Position numbers and translations under genes: made by a program
Part shown: piece after piece, positions 34,065-48,400 of the stretch
How the letters are laid out: the number at the start of each line of letters is the position of its first letter
Position numbering within the stretch: position 1 is the first letter of the stretch
Notes under the pieces: model-generated
Told to the model about the DNA's origin: nothing
The model's input: the letters and a program-made list of their open reading frames with translations, nothing else
The model's database searches: none
Assembly (NCBI GenBank): GCA_965178125.1
Contig: OZ237747.1
Coordinates: 868,001-932,000, forward strand
Source of the DNA: Bilabrum cf. latius
Taxonomy: Eukaryota
Direction: 5' to 3'
DNA length: 64,000 nucleotides

Positions 34065-37000
34065 TTAAATTTCACTCCCGGTTGAGGTACAGGACGAGTC
34101 AGAAGAAATCGACGCCCTGCGACGACCCGACGTCCGACCGCCGAGTCCTCGGGATGCCTTGCCGAACCCCGATTGCCTTCCATCGCCACGCATCAGGGCC
34201 TGAGCCTTGCTCCCAGCAATCGCCATCTGCACCTTGGTCGAATCCAGCCCAGACACTAGCTCCTTCTTGGTCTTCCTGCGCTCGTGCCGCCGCTTCGCCG
34301 CAGCGTACTGCGCTTGCACGAGCGTGGCTTGCCTTGCCATGCTGGAGGACTGGCACCTGCCGCACAACCTTGAGCCGATGATCACAGATACTGCTGCGCA
34401 CAGGAAGCCCAAATTCGCCATGAATACAGTAGCATTCACGAACATCTTCGACTGGGACGAAGCAATGGGAGAGCCAAGGTATAGACCTGCATCGAAGGTC
34501 ACGAACGCTGTCACCAGTGCAGTCAGCTCCAGACGATTCAATGCAGATGATGAGAACGGCTGCAGAGCCGCCTGCACCAGCGCCACTCCAAATAACAGCC
34601 CTAAGATCGCGTACGTCTGCACCTCGATGCCCAGCGGTGCCAGCCCCACAGCGATGCACACCAGCAGGGCCTTCCTCAGCATCACTACACACTCGAACCA
34701 GAAAGCCTCATCCCGATACCCAGCCCGCATGAAGCCGAACGTCGTGGCCACACGAGGATCCGTCAGCTCGCCCTGGTGCGCCCACAGCACCACGCCTGTC
34801 ACCAGCGGAATGCCCATGGAGTACAAAAGCAGCGCCGGCATGCCCAGCCCGAACATGTACGCCTGCGTAGCGCCGTCTCTGCAACACAGCTCCAGGTCGT
34901 CCAGCAACCTAGACCCTTGCTGGGAGGCGGGCACGCCTTGGCAGCTCAGGCTCAAGTCAGCAGCCTCGAGACCCGTTGCAGTGCCGTTGGTGCTCGCACT
35001 GGAGCTGACTGCCTCCTCAGAGTGCTCGATGGAAGTGCATGTCATGAGAGACAGCGCCACCTAGGTCTCGGTCATGTGCACCAAAAAGGCCACCACGCCG
35101 GCGGTGGTCAGCACACGGTCGCACACAGAGATGCGCACCACCTCGTCATCTGTCATCAAGTTTCTCATCACAGATGATGCGGACGCGGGTGAAACTTCAC
35201 CAGGTGGTCGTGGTGAATCTTTCGCGCTGCTCAGATTTTGCAGGCCAGCTGCAAGCTTGGATGACTTCCCGCCGAGCGTTCGTCTGCGCTAGCGCTTGCG
35301 CTTCGGTGGTCGCTTCGAAGGTCCGGAAATGGCCGTATTCCGAGTATCGGAAGCAGCACCCGTGGGTGGAGTTCTACGAAAAACCCCATGTGACGGCTTG
35401 CGATTGGACAGGCCGGGCAGCAGTGATCTGTTGCTGCCTTGGTCAGCTGAGTTGCGGCGCCGAAGTTTCTACCGCTCACTGCCAGCGCTCAGCAGGCCAA
35501 TTGGATCAGGTGCACAGGTCCCGGCGGCTTTGACCCTGCTGGCAAAGTTCGGCAACACCAGTAGGCCCTGAATCGGCTAGTGGGATCGTTTGGAGCTGTC
35601 CCCACTCACATGCAGAACATTCGGGCCACTTGTGACGATACGACCATCTGGCGGCGGACGACAGTGACCACCAGAAGCTGTAGCCATCAGAGCCAGCGGA
35701 TTGGTCACCGTCAGTCGTGGGGCCATGGATCCAGCAGCGTCTAGACTCGAAATTGGACCAAATGAGCGTGTCTGAACAGCATCCTTGTACTCCGATAGGG
35801 GGTGAACGCGTGTACGAAGCGGAGCAGCTTTCTATATTCGACCCAGAGGCTATAGTGGCTGGATGGGCTCCAACGCTGTTGCATGCTGTCGTGCAGCAAA
35901 TGCAGAGTCTAGCGAGTTTGATCTAGGCCTCGGCGCGCTACAAACAGCCGACTGCGCTATGGGCGAGTCTCCAAGTGCTCGATGGGGGCCACCTAGCAGC
36001 CCGTGTTTCGACCTCCTCGCACTAGACCTAGGACTGCTGGGACTGCCCGCAGCATCTGAGGAGCTCATTGCCGCACATGCTTGTACAGCTCTAGCACAGG
36101 GCCAGCAGCACACCATGCGAATTGACGGCCACACGGCCCAGAATACCGCTGCCATAATTATCAGCATCAGCGGTATGCATATAGTGACGATGCTTCGGGC
36201 GATGAAGCGAGAGTTCAGCGGCAGCCTAGGGCTATCATCCAAATCGCCAGCCTCTGCCTCGGTATCCCCAGTTAGCAAGCAGTCCAGCGCCAGCACATCT
36301 GTGTTCACGCTGCTCATGGAGTTCATCGCTGCAAACAGGTCGCGCACAAACGGCGGGTACTGAAATGGCAGCCTCAACGCCACCGCCACAGTCTGTAGGT
36401 GCGAGAACAGGATCTTGGCGGATGCCATAGTCACGGTGGTCTGACCCTTGGAAATCACCGCGTTGAATGTCAACCCCAGCACCACGAGCAGAAGGAGCAA
36501 GCACACAAACACAGCCGCTACCACTACCACGGCCCGGTCCTCGCATCGCCTGCATTTGGTTCCATCCGCAGGAGTGAATCCGCCCTGGCATGAAGAGCAC
36601 ATGGTACCATCGTATCCGTTGGAGCATCCCTCTACTGCCCCTGGCACAGGCCACAGGTCTTGCGGGATGGCACTCGGGAAGGCACCCTGCAGCAGCACGT
36701 CATTGAGCAGAGGTAGTTCTTCCTCTGGCACCCCACCATCGGATAGAGCTTGCAAGCCACGGGACACAGTACCAATGGATTTCAAGGTCGCTGTCGAGCC
36801 TAGTCCGGCAGCGATCACTTGCTTCTGAAGATCATCCATAATGTCTACCAACTGGCGTGACAATCCAGTTGCTGTTGCGGGAAGCCCTATCTAGGATACG
36901 TTGTTATTGGTGCCCACACCAGTTGCATCGCTAACCACAAATCTATCCAAGGGTACATTCCTGTCGCCGCTCAGCGTCGCATCCAGCACTCTAGGATCAA

Positions 37001-40000
37001 AGCCCACGCAAGCCTCGGGTTCCTCGCATTTCACAAACCCGAGCCCGGACGAGCTCCAAGGCACTCGCCAGTACCCCGGCAATGCCACCACACGACCAGC
37101 CGGCATGCCGCCGCAGTAGGCCTCCTCAGGACAAGGGGCACATGCCTGCTCCTCGATGGGCAATTGCGTCTGCAGGTACTCATCCACGTCACAGTTCTCC
37201 GTCACAATGGACGAGTAGTCGCTCCAGTTGCTCTGGCTGGTGGGGTTGATGGCCCGCACACGCACTCGCAGAGGCAGAGTGCTGGGTGCCACCACTTCTT
37301 CGCCGTACACCACCTGTCCGCCCTGAACCACCGTGCTGAGCGCCATGTCGTCCACGGCCCGACGCACAGCGGTGCTGTTCATCACATCATCAATGCCAGC
37401 GCCACCCACTCGACTCATCTCGATGTCGAACGACTGCACAGGTGCAATCGAGTCCTGCGTGTCATCGGCGGAGTATGTCCATCGCACCACCATGCTGCCG
37501 CCGCGACCCACCGGTCGCCAAGACGTCACTTGCCGAGGCACCTCGACAAGCGGCGTACCTGCCGCCACATAGGATATGTTCAACGACCTCGATCGCAGCC
37601 CCGTGCGGCTGACCACCACCACGGTCAGGTTTGCCAAGGCCGACACATCCGAGATGGCTGCCTCTTGCCTTGCGTTCCGGGGCTCTGGAGCGATGCACAC
37701 CACGGCGGTATCTGTCCGGCGCTGCAGCCCAGAACACGGAATTCCATCCACCTCCACACGGTCCACATCCCCATCCTCACGACCGAAGTTGCTGCCTACC
37801 AGCAGCATCTCGTCTCCAGGGTCAACCAGTCGAGGGGCTACCCTGTCAATCCATGGCTTGCCCAGTGTCTGCAACAGCACTGATGACACGCCCCGCTGCC
37901 CACCCACAGTGACCTGCACCACCTCGGCTGAGTTGGCCCACACGTGATCGTCCGCCTGCCGCCACAGGCACTGTACCAGGCTTGATGACACCCATCGCAC
38001 GACGGCGCACGGGCTGTCTCCGACCGTGATACTATCCAGGTCTTGCGGCCCGTTGCCCAGGTCAGCCCCAGTCAGATTCAGCACCACCTCATGCGGTCCA
38101 CTCAGTACATACCCAGGCACTGACCTCGTGATGGATGCCGCCTTGTATCTCACGGTAATGGCGTCCGACAGGGCATCTCCACGAGTGCCCACCCGGATCG
38201 GCACAGCAGCACCCACACCAGCCGGTAGAGCCACATCCACCTGAGTGGATGAGATCCACTCGAAGGACACTGCCTGGCCTGATCCCACAAGCACTTGCAC
38301 CACATCATCGCTTGACCGACCAAAGCCATTGCCAAACAGCTTCACAGGACGGCCTGTCGCACTGCCCAGCCCGCTCGTTGGCACCACCCCATCTGTCACG
38401 CCATCCAAGAACACACGGGTCACGGTCGGGTGACCTACCACGTCGATCACACCGCTGATGGACTCATCCTCGGCATTGATGGCATCCAGCTAGCCGGCCA
38501 ACTGCACCCGCAGCCGGACCTGCCCGTTGAACTGGAACGATCCTCCCAGCGACGCGTTCCTGCACACCGTGAGCCGATCCCAGCTGTCGAGCTAATCCGA
38601 TCCCGAAGTATCGCTCGCATTTACACGGGCGGCATCCCACGACGCCCACTGCTCCTCCAGCCATGCCCCAGTCTCCACCCACCCGCAGTCACTCCTCCAG
38701 TCAGACCCCGCTGCATCTTCAAGATATGTGCTGATGCTCTGGTTGAATGCAGCCAGCACCGCATCAGTGCCAGTCTCCTCGGCTCGGAACGCCACGTCCA
38801 CCCTGGTCTCGCCGCCAAACATGTAGTCAGATAGCGCCCAACGAGAGACATCGCCCCTGCCTGCACCAACAACTGCATCTGCGTCTCGGAGCACAGCCGC
38901 TGACATCACCACGGGTCGTTTGTAGTGGATGGATGGCCCGCCCTCAGACACGCTCTGATGCTGCACATGCACCTGCACCTCATGCTCCCTGCCCACACCT
39001 GGCGGGGTCACGCACCACGCTTCCTACGGGTTAATATACCCAAATGACAGACAAGACCGCAAGCCCACAGTCACGTCCAGTAGCTCCTCTGCGGACGATC
39101 CCAGGCCCTCACCTGTCACCTGCACCAAAGTGCCGTTGGTCGTTGAAGCAGTGTCTGGCTGCACACTGTACACCCGGGGAGGCGGCAAGAACTCGAACAG
39201 GCTCAGCCCGCGTGCGGTCTGCCCAGCTACGCGCATGTCCACCGATGTGGAGCTCCACACCGCTCGTACACCCAGGCATCGGATCAGCCGCGAGTTTACT
39301 ACCTCCACTCGACTGCATGCAGACCCGCCCACCTGGGCCCCCTCTACATGGCTGTCATTCAGGCCAAGCGCACTGCCGCTGATGTTGAAGTCGTAAAAGC
39401 GGTTGGCATCCGAAAAGGCGAACCTCGGCTCCAGCCCACGGATGCTGGGTGGCTCGAACGACACCGCTGGGAATCTGGTCCGAGCCACGATCCCACCCAC
39501 AGTCTCCACCTCGATGTACAGTCCGGTGCCCACGCCCGCAGGTGTCACGCACCGAAGCTGCACTGGGCTCTGGTGCACGACCTCCAGACATGACGTGCCT
39601 CCTACTCGCACATCCCGAATGTTGGTCCCATTCACGCCGAAGTTCTGACCGATCACAGTCAGGTTGGCACCGCCGTCTACAGGGATCTCGCCCGGAATGC
39701 CGCCTGCCACCACGGGCCACTGCTGCCACGACAGCATTCGCTCGCCCCCCTAGCTAGCCACAGATCCCGTCCACACCACCACGTTCCCCTCCCCATACGA
39801 CGCCACCGGGCCCACGGAGCATTCCACTTGGTCGCTACCGTGCCACGAGACATTCACACAATCATGGCCACCCACCAGCACAAGGGACACGTGCTCTGGT
39901 CTTTGACCCAACCCATCCCCGCGAATGATAAAGGTTGTGCTAGCCTCCACAGAGGGCCACAAGAACGAAGGAGAGATTGAAGTGAGTTGAGAAGCCCGGA

Positions 40001-42287
40001 ACAGCACCTGGGTAATCCCGAATGCCAGCTGTCCCCCGAGCAGCTGCACCCGGATAGCGTGGGGCCCGCCGGCACTGGGAGGCATCGATAGACACCTCAC
40101 ACTACCGGCCAGCACGATCACACTCGTGCACTCCTCTGGCCCCACCCACATCCTGGTGGTACTGCTGGCCACGTCGGCCACGCCATCAGGCACATCCAGC
40201 TCCACGAAGAGCGGCTCCGTCCCCGACTGGTTGAGGCCCTGCGGCGGGATGGCACTGCCCAGCATAGGCACTTGAAATGCCACAGGAATGCCGGCCGCAG
40301 TGCGGGTGGGTTCCAGACAAGTCCAGCCAGATACAGGGTTACATGCCAAGGAGCTGTCGGTCCATCGCCCGCTGACGGTGTAGTTGAAGGGAGTAGCAGA
40401 GTTGGAACCATCAGCCCACGTGAAGCGAGCCGTGCTGCCGTTGCCAAAGCCAACCGCGCTAGTCGCAATAGCAGTCTCAGCATCCACCATGCGCATACTC
40501 ACGTGCTCGAAGGGCTCCATGTGCATGGTGGCCTGAATATCACTGCTGCCGAGGCAAGACCCAGATACTGAGATGCCATCCCCACCGTGCCTGCTGAGGT
40601 CGCTCGTCACGTTCAAGCTGTGCACATGCCGGCGTCGCGGCACCACCCGAGTCGCGACGGAAGACACCGCCAGCACGGTCCCGTTGCTGCCGTCCTCGAT
40701 CAGGGCAGCCACGAGCCTCGCACCCCCAGTGGCCCCGAAGCCGGCAGGCGCGAGTCCCTTGGCCTCCACAGCGACGAGTTCGTCTTGCGTGAAGCCCCCG
40801 ACGCACCATACCTCTGGCTTTGTCTGGGTGAACTGGCTAGCCCGCACATCGATGTGGCGGCCTGGGACAGTGGGCTGCCCGTTGAATACGGAGCCCCTTG
40901 CACTGCACTGCAGCTCCATCAGTGTGTTGTTCAGCTCGTCCTCGTCCCATCGCCGGTCGACAGGGTCTTCCGCTGGCCACGATCCATCAATGTCAATGAA
41001 TAGCCTCACATGGCCAGATGTCGCGGTCAGGGGAACGACTGATTCCAGCCACACCCCGAAGGTCATGCTGGAGGCAAGGTGGATCGTGGCGGCATTGTCG
41101 TCGATGCCAGCTGCGGCAGCGTTCCTGTCTGAGTCACTGCACGGTGCCCCTGGTGTGACGAGGACGGCCTTGATGTCTAGAACCTGGCGCGGGTACTCCA
41201 CGCATCCAGGGCTGGCCACGCCCATGGCGGCTATCTCGGGAGGGGGCATGGAGCCCTCGTCGTGGCAGATCACCTCGCCAAAAGTGGCGGGACTTGCTGA
41301 GATCATGCAACGACCACTACCAATGGAATCAGTCCCTCCTGCGAGCATGGGTTGCCCTCCGTATAGGAGCACCTCTGTTACAGAAGAGGCGCCCGGGGCG
41401 GCCTCAATAGTGTACGCTGCTCCATTTGTTTTTACGCCAACGAACCTGAAATTACTCGGTTCATCCAGAATATACGCCCAGTCAAATGTGCTGGAGAGAA
41501 CTGTGCTATCGCGATTAATGCACACTAGCCGTCCATCTTGGCGCAAGCAACAGACGTTGTACTAGTACCCACCGGTGCACTTGAGGAAACGGTTGGTTCG
41601 CGAGGACTGCATCGACATGTCATCGACCCATGACTATCTACCATTCGCAAACTGAGCACGGACGCCGCCATCAGTCAGAACATGTGTTACAAGCCCAAGT
41701 CCAGCGTCAACCCGACTGCAGTTGCCGTTGCATTCGAAGCCCCGGTCTCGCTAGAACGCACTTCCGAACGATTCGTGGTTGCCGTCGTAATATAGAATTG
41801 CTGAGGATGCTGCAGCAACAGTTACTTGAACAATGTTTGCTCGATTCTTCGGCACAAATTGATCTGATTGTCCGTTTCCCCAACACGTGACGGTACCATT
41901 CTGGTGAAGCGCACAGCCAGTTGCACCAGCTACTGAGACAGACATGAAACCTGCTTCTTCAGGATATGTAGAGCTAAGACCATGCGAATCAGGATCGCGG
42001 GATCCGTCTGGCTTCACTCCTCTCCAACATCTTATGAACGTGCGAGCAGTAATCAAGCAGCAAAGGTATGTATTGGAGCTGCAGGACAGCTGCGACAGAA
42101 ATGCCCAGGATTAGCGTGGATGACCGTAGGCTCAGAAACATGCTGATTATAGTTCTATTAAGGACGAAAACGTACAGACAGGCGCACTCACCGTGGTTGA
42201 GAGCGGGAACTGGGATTCACACGCAGTCACTGAGGACCAAACTGCGATCACCATTAGCAAAATTGTGTTTTTCAGAGCTATCACCAT
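34065..42287 (-). CDS. Large receptor-like membrane protein (~2700 aa): signal peptide, RCC1-like repeats, multiple IPT/TIG domains, FN3-like, Cys-rich and multipass C-terminal domain; exons 42287-42192 and 42089-34065
   Basis: Seven ORF fragments share a frame and are joined by TAG. IPT motifs (TVIGQNFG...VGGTSC...LRCVTPAGVG), CAPCPEEAYC and GYDGTMCSSC. TM-domain motifs GY...FWFECVVMLRK and LQPF. Ends TAA. Confidence 0.85.
42090..42191 (-). other. Predicted spliceosomal intron (102 bp)
   Basis: GTGAGT...TCGCAG on the minus strand. It removes an in-frame TAA and joins the signal-peptide exon MVIALKNTILLMVIAVWSSVTA in phase 0. Confidence 0.75.
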
Positions 42288-42497
42288 ACTAACAGTATTA
42301 AACTATCATATAGACTTATTCGAAGACCTAAAAAAAGCCCAGTATTGCGCTTGATTGTGACCGTGATGGGGCCCCGTGCCAATCGGTTTCCTGGGTCGAC
42401 TCTTCATCTTCGAGAATTGGCAGGTCGCAACCAACAGATTCTGCGTGACTCAGTGCACTGTACCGGGGTGCCAAATACTCATAGACGTTTACTTGCA

Positions 42498-45400
42498 TCA
42501 AAAAATTTCAACCACGGCACCTGCCAGCGCGAGCTTCCCTGGCTCCACCGCAACGGGCAGCCGCAGGGTCGCAAGAACAGCGGCCTTCCCGGCGCCTGGG
42601 TCAACCCTCACCAGCGGTATGGGAGCAAAAGCCCCACCCCGTCCGACAGACGGCGATGCACTAGTGCCCATAGTCTTTGACCCACCAGTCAGGTGCAGCA
42701 GCGGGAGTGCAGTGCCCCCGTTGACCGGACCGCCGGCCTCCTCGTCCTCAGCACCTCTGCCGTCACCGTCCCGACTCGTGGATGCAACGGCGGACGAGTC
42801 CGCCGAAGCAATGGAGCCATGATGCACAGAGCCCTCCGACTTCCCAGTCGTCCAGCAGCAGCCCCTGCAGACAAGACCCGAAAGGACCAGGCCACGGGAC
42901 GGTGGGTCCACATGCTCGTCAGCGGTCGAGCTGAGCATCCGAGACTCAACGGACACTTGCTCTAGGGAGCAGCCGAGGTACTGCACCGCCTGGCGCTGCA
43001 CCGCTGTCAGCATCAGCTCAGGCCGCATGAGCCCGCCCGCCCACACGACAGGGGGTACACCACCGGTGGATCCGCCGTACTCGTCCATCCACTCCTGTAG
43101 CTGCCGCCAGCTGAGTGCCAGGCGTTGCAGGCAGGCAGGCAAGCTAGTGCTGGAAGCAGGGGGTGAACCCCCTTGGATGGCATTGAACGCCTCTACCGCC
43201 AGACTAGCGGACCGCTCGTCTTGCGGTGCAACGGAGAGCAGATGTTGCCAGACAGGTGGCACAGTTCGAGCAGATAGGCACGCTGCCATGCTCTTCATGT
43301 CATCTGTCAAAGGTACCGAGCCCTTTATCCCAGCGAGGAGCGCCAGCACTTGGTCTACTATGCAGTGCACCGCAGTGGTTGCAGCACGCGCCTCGAAGGC
43401 AAACGCGACTGCAAACGGCCTGGACAGCATGTGCCCTGCGCCAGCAGCTGGAGTGGCAGGCACCAGTCCAGCTCCTCCGACACCTTCGCCCTCAAACTCA
43501 AGACTAACACCCTTCCATTCATCCACGATGTCCTGGGCAATCGACCGGGCGCCCATGAGGGCCCTCTGAGCTCCAGCATCTGACATCGCCCCGCCAGCCC
43601 CGTCGTCGCTGGCGCTAGTACCATTCGTCCTGGGTTCACTGAAATCGTCCATCCCAGCGCCCATCTGGACCCCGTCTGCTTCGGACCTGGCTTGGTCTGC
43701 AGATGTCTAGCTGTGAGCGGCCGGAACCATCGCTGCAACTGCCGCGAGTGCAGATCCACCGCTGACCGAATCGGCTGCAGAGGCAGCCGCGCCTGTCACC
43801 CCGTAGAAAGACGCCGCGTCGCGCTGGAGCACCTCCTACTCCCTTGCCCAGTCCACCAGATACGACACGCCAAACGACATTTCACCACTTACGCCGCCCC
43901 GCCCGTCCAGCCGCGGCTGCAGGTCCGGGCTAGCAAGTACGCTGGCACCTCGGGTGGCCGCCATGGTGCCTGCGCCAGAGGCTCCCGAGCCCCCCTCTAT
44001 GTGCCCATCATCTCCGCTGGTGTCTACTGGCAGCAAATTTGAGCCTCGCCGAGCAGAGAGACCGGCTGGCAGCCATTTTTGGGTCAGCACCCGAATCAAT
44101 CGGCGGTCCCACTCGTCACTGACGCGTCCGCCGTACAGCGCCTCCGAGAGCAGCTGCTGCACTGGCAGCCATGCATTGATGGCAGCCGCCGACTCGGGAT
44201 CTCCAGACGTAGATACCTGCAAAGACTCGGCCAGCGCAGGCAAGATCTGGGCCGCGTGCGCCACATCAGTGGCAGCAAAGGAGTACTTGCTGCCTCCGAG
44301 CCATCCGTTCAGGCCAAACCGGCCGCGCTGAGAGAGTGCAGCGTGCATCAGGCACACGCGCAGCATGACGGTGCGGCCGATGCTGTCGGCTTCCTGCCAA
44401 ACAGAATCTGACACTGCCGACACAGACTCGACCACGCCAGAGAGGGACCCAGAGGGGCTCTCATATGCCACAAGAGAGCTTTGCGAGACGATCGAAACAG
44501 GCACGCCAATACTCTCCTGCCGAGAGCGTGATGATCCCTCCACCACGGCTTCAGCCGTTAGGAACAATCGGAAGGAAGGCGCAACGATGCCAGCCTCGGC
44601 AATTGTCTGCTCTGCCGTGTCTCGAGGAAGCTGAATGCTTGCCGATCCTCGCATGCTATCCGCGGCTTGTGACACTGCCTGCAGCCAACGGCCAAGGCTA
44701 TCACGTGCCCATCCCATTGAGAGATGAATGTTCTCGAGAACCAGCCACGTCCCATTGCGCGCGGCACGAGAAATGGCAGCGTTCGCTTTGCCCTGCTGCC
44801 CGACTCCGAGTGAAACTCGCGACATTCCAACTGCCCCAGCGAAACCGATACGCTCGGAGCGGGTGGCTGCGTGCCGCGCCGATCCACGCTGCTGTTCTTG
44901 GATGGCTTCAAACGCCTGGCCGAGGCGAGCGGCAGATGCCACGAGATCCCCCACCGCATCAGCTCCATCCATAGATGCAAGAAGAATAGGCTGGAATGGG
45001 TCTGCCTGCATGGCTTCTGCCAATATGCTCTGCTGCCCTGGCGGCAGCTTGGAAAGAAGGGTCTAAATGGTGGTAGACTACCCTATTCTGGGGTTTGAAT
45101 TCGGATTCAGAGCACTTGGAAGCGTGACTGCGGCGAGGCGGGTCAGGGCGGCTTTACCGCGGTCGGGCCGAAGCGCCACGACAGCACATGATTTGTGAAC
45201 GGGCTTGTCATCTAGTTCCCGCCAATCCAACGGCAGCGTGGAATGCTCCGGTTCGTCGCTTTCAAGCCAGTTCTTGAACCTGCCTGGACTCGCCAACATG
45301 TCATCGAGGAGAGACGCACCTGAAGACGTGCCATGCCCTGTGAATGGATCTACGCTCCTGCTAAGGACGGCCGCCCCGATCCAAGCCGACAGCGGTATCC

Positions 45401-48400
45401 ATCTTGGTGACGTAGCAGCGGCTGCAACGCCGGCCCCAATGGCATCCTCTTCGGCTCCTGAGTGGGCCCCCTCTGCAGAGTTCCATCCCGGCTTTCTCGT
45501 GCTGAGGAACTGGATTGCATCTCCGGCATTTTCCATTGCAAGCAGCAGCGACTCTGGGTGCTCTGGCAGCAACGCAAGCTCGATACCCCTGGCAACGCCA
45601 ATGAGTTCGTCATCGTTCAAGGGTTCAGCACTCTTCGATGCAGCGGCCTGTGACCTGGAAGCCCTCGTGGTAGCACCAGCACCGGAAACAGAACTAGACG
45701 AGCCTGATTCTCCGGTGCGAACCCCAATCCCAAGCATCTTGCGAGCCTTGCGTGAGGATAGCGTACCAAGGTAGTCGTCTTCCCGAGCGACCTACAGCGC
45801 GAGGCCCGCGAGCAGAGCTTTGGCGTGATTCTGCTGGAATCCGCGGGCAACCCACTGCGCGATGACTGCGCGAACGCCAAGCTGCAGCTTTAAGCATCGG
45901 ACTGCCGACCGCCGAAGCAAGCCCTAGGACCGCAGCACGCCAGCGTCAGCGTCAGCTGCATCCGAGGAACTAGAAAAGGTATTAGGGTTTGCTGAATCCG
46001 ATGATGCGCTGGGTGGTTCAGCACCGGTGGCACCAGCGTCTTCTCGCATCGACTCCGAAATGACAGCTCTGAAGAATACCTTTCGCATGGTGTTGAGAGA
46101 CACGCCATACAGGCCGTGCAGCTGCTGCGACCCCTGAGCCAGCTACCACATGCGGACGAATTCGTTGGCGATCGGAGTGTACAGATTGGTGTATCGATCG
46201 AGCTGCATCCTTGCTTCGTCTGCCCTCTCCTTGGCTTCGTGGATGCTGTGCAGCTCGGAGCGCATGCCATTCAATGCATCCAGAAGCTCCGTGTCGTCAA
46301 GGATCGTCTTCGGCTTGTGGCTAGAGCCGTCGTCACGTTCGGCTCCCGTTGTACCGAACGATTCGGAATTGAAACTCAGCTGCTCCTAAGAGTTGCCGAA
46401 CGCAGCGAGTCGCTGCAGCAGCTGGCGTTCGATCTGTGCGAGCCGCACCTGTCTCTACGCACTAGCCACGCGGATTGCAGACAGTTGCTGTCCCACCTGT
46501 GGTTCGAACTCATTCACAAGCTGCTACGTAAGGTCCTACCGGATGCTGTCAGGAGTGGAAGGCCAGCTCACAACGGACACCAGCGACTGGGTGTCGGCCG
46601 TGACCGAGGCAGCTTGCGCGCTGTCAGGGTTAAATAGAAGCACGAGTCGGAACTTTGGATGGACAGGCACAAGCACTGAACCGATCCGCACCGCACAATC
46701 CGTCAGATGCACCTGATCGGAATTCGGTGCCGGTATTGTCCGCTCCGCGTGAGCCAGCGCGTCCTCGCCGACCTGCTCCGCACCTGGAGCGTTGAGGTCG
46801 AGCGCGTCGCTGGCACCCAAAGCCGCACCATCCTGCTATCTCTGAGCGTGGCGCATCTGCTCTTCGTATGCGGCGAGATCGGGAGTGCCGGTTCGCTCAG
46901 CCTCCATTTGCCTCTGGTGCAGTGAGTTGCCCTCCAGTAGCTCCTTGAGGACTGCAGGCAGCTGCGAATTCTTCGTCAGCGCGACAACGCTACCGCCCAT
47001 CGCAACTTGCCTACGCAGAACGCGGGCCCACTCTTCTTCAGGCCGGTCGAGATCGATCTAAGCCCCATTGCCACACAGGCCGTCCGGGTCTTCCCACCAC
47101 GGCCCCAGCCTCATCCAGTCCGGTTCAGGTGCCTATGCAGCGCCCTTGCCGCGCATAGACCGCCTTGCCCCGCTGGTTTGCTTGTTCTATGCAGAAGCGA
47201 TCGCATCGTAGACGAACCGAAGAACCGCACCGTGGGATTCATCAACTCCGAATGCCTCCATGGCGCGCAGCCTTAGAGCTGTCGCGCTGTCTGCGCCACC
47301 GCGCAATGCAGCCAGGGCTTTCTCAGCCTCATCCGCCCCTCCACTGTCGCCACCAGATCCAGCAGATCCCCCGGCAACGCCTGAGCTGCGTCGCAGCCAC
47401 GACAGGCTCTGCATCCCGGGATCCACAACGAGTGAGACACGCAGTGCCGAGATTGAGGATCCGATGGCCAGTGCTGACGCGAGTGCAGCCTCGCCAGCAG
47501 GCATGCCCTCGCTCCCTAGTGCGGCCACAAGTGCCTCCTGTGTGGATTTCTCCCCTTGCACCACCGACAGCAGCAGCTGGGAAGGGGAGAGGCCAGGGGT
47601 CATCTCGACGTCGTGAGTGCGCAGCAGCTGCGTCCACTGCTCCCAAAGCTGCGCTCTCCCCTCCGGATCCACCCCGCAACCGAAGGAAACGAATGCAGCG
47701 GCAAGCAATGAATCGCCGGCAGTTCGTCCGAGCCGCCTGCCCGATGTGGTCAGGTCCTGCTCCCACCTCCCTTTCTCCCTTGACATCCCTTCTAGCAGCT
47801 GCTCCGCAATCGTGAGTCTGCGCTAAAGATCCATCGTTTGTGCTTCGATCTGCTACTTCTCTTTGGTTGCCTCGGCAAACCTAGCCTGCAGCGCCTGCAA
47901 CCTCTCTTGCACGCTCCTGAGCTTAGCAGTCGCCCTGTGAAGCTCGTCCTCGGCTGCCTAGCGAGCGGCATTCGCGGCATCTACGCGCTGCATCAGAGGT
48001 AGACACTCCTAGTACTTGTCGTGGTATCTAACAGAACCAATGATGAATGCTGCCAGGTTACCGGCGGCGTATGACCGCGGTTTGATAGTGTCCGCATCGA
48101 AGTCTGGTCGGTCCAGGATGGGCCTGAGCGCGCGGAGCCTTGCGGCAGGAATGTGTCGCGGGTCTACCTCGTCCAACCGCCCTAAAAACTCGTCTGACTT
48201 GAGCATTGCCTTCTAAGCAGCATCCCATCCAAGACGAGAGGGACGCGTTTCACCTGATACCATGATCAGCACGGACTGCAGAACCAAGTGCACAATCGCA
48301 GGCGGTGCGCGCATGCCCCTCAATTCATCCACGCTGCTCTTTGACAGACCCCCGACCGCCTGCCGAGCAGCTTCCAAAGCAGGCGCAGCGGCAGCCAGGG

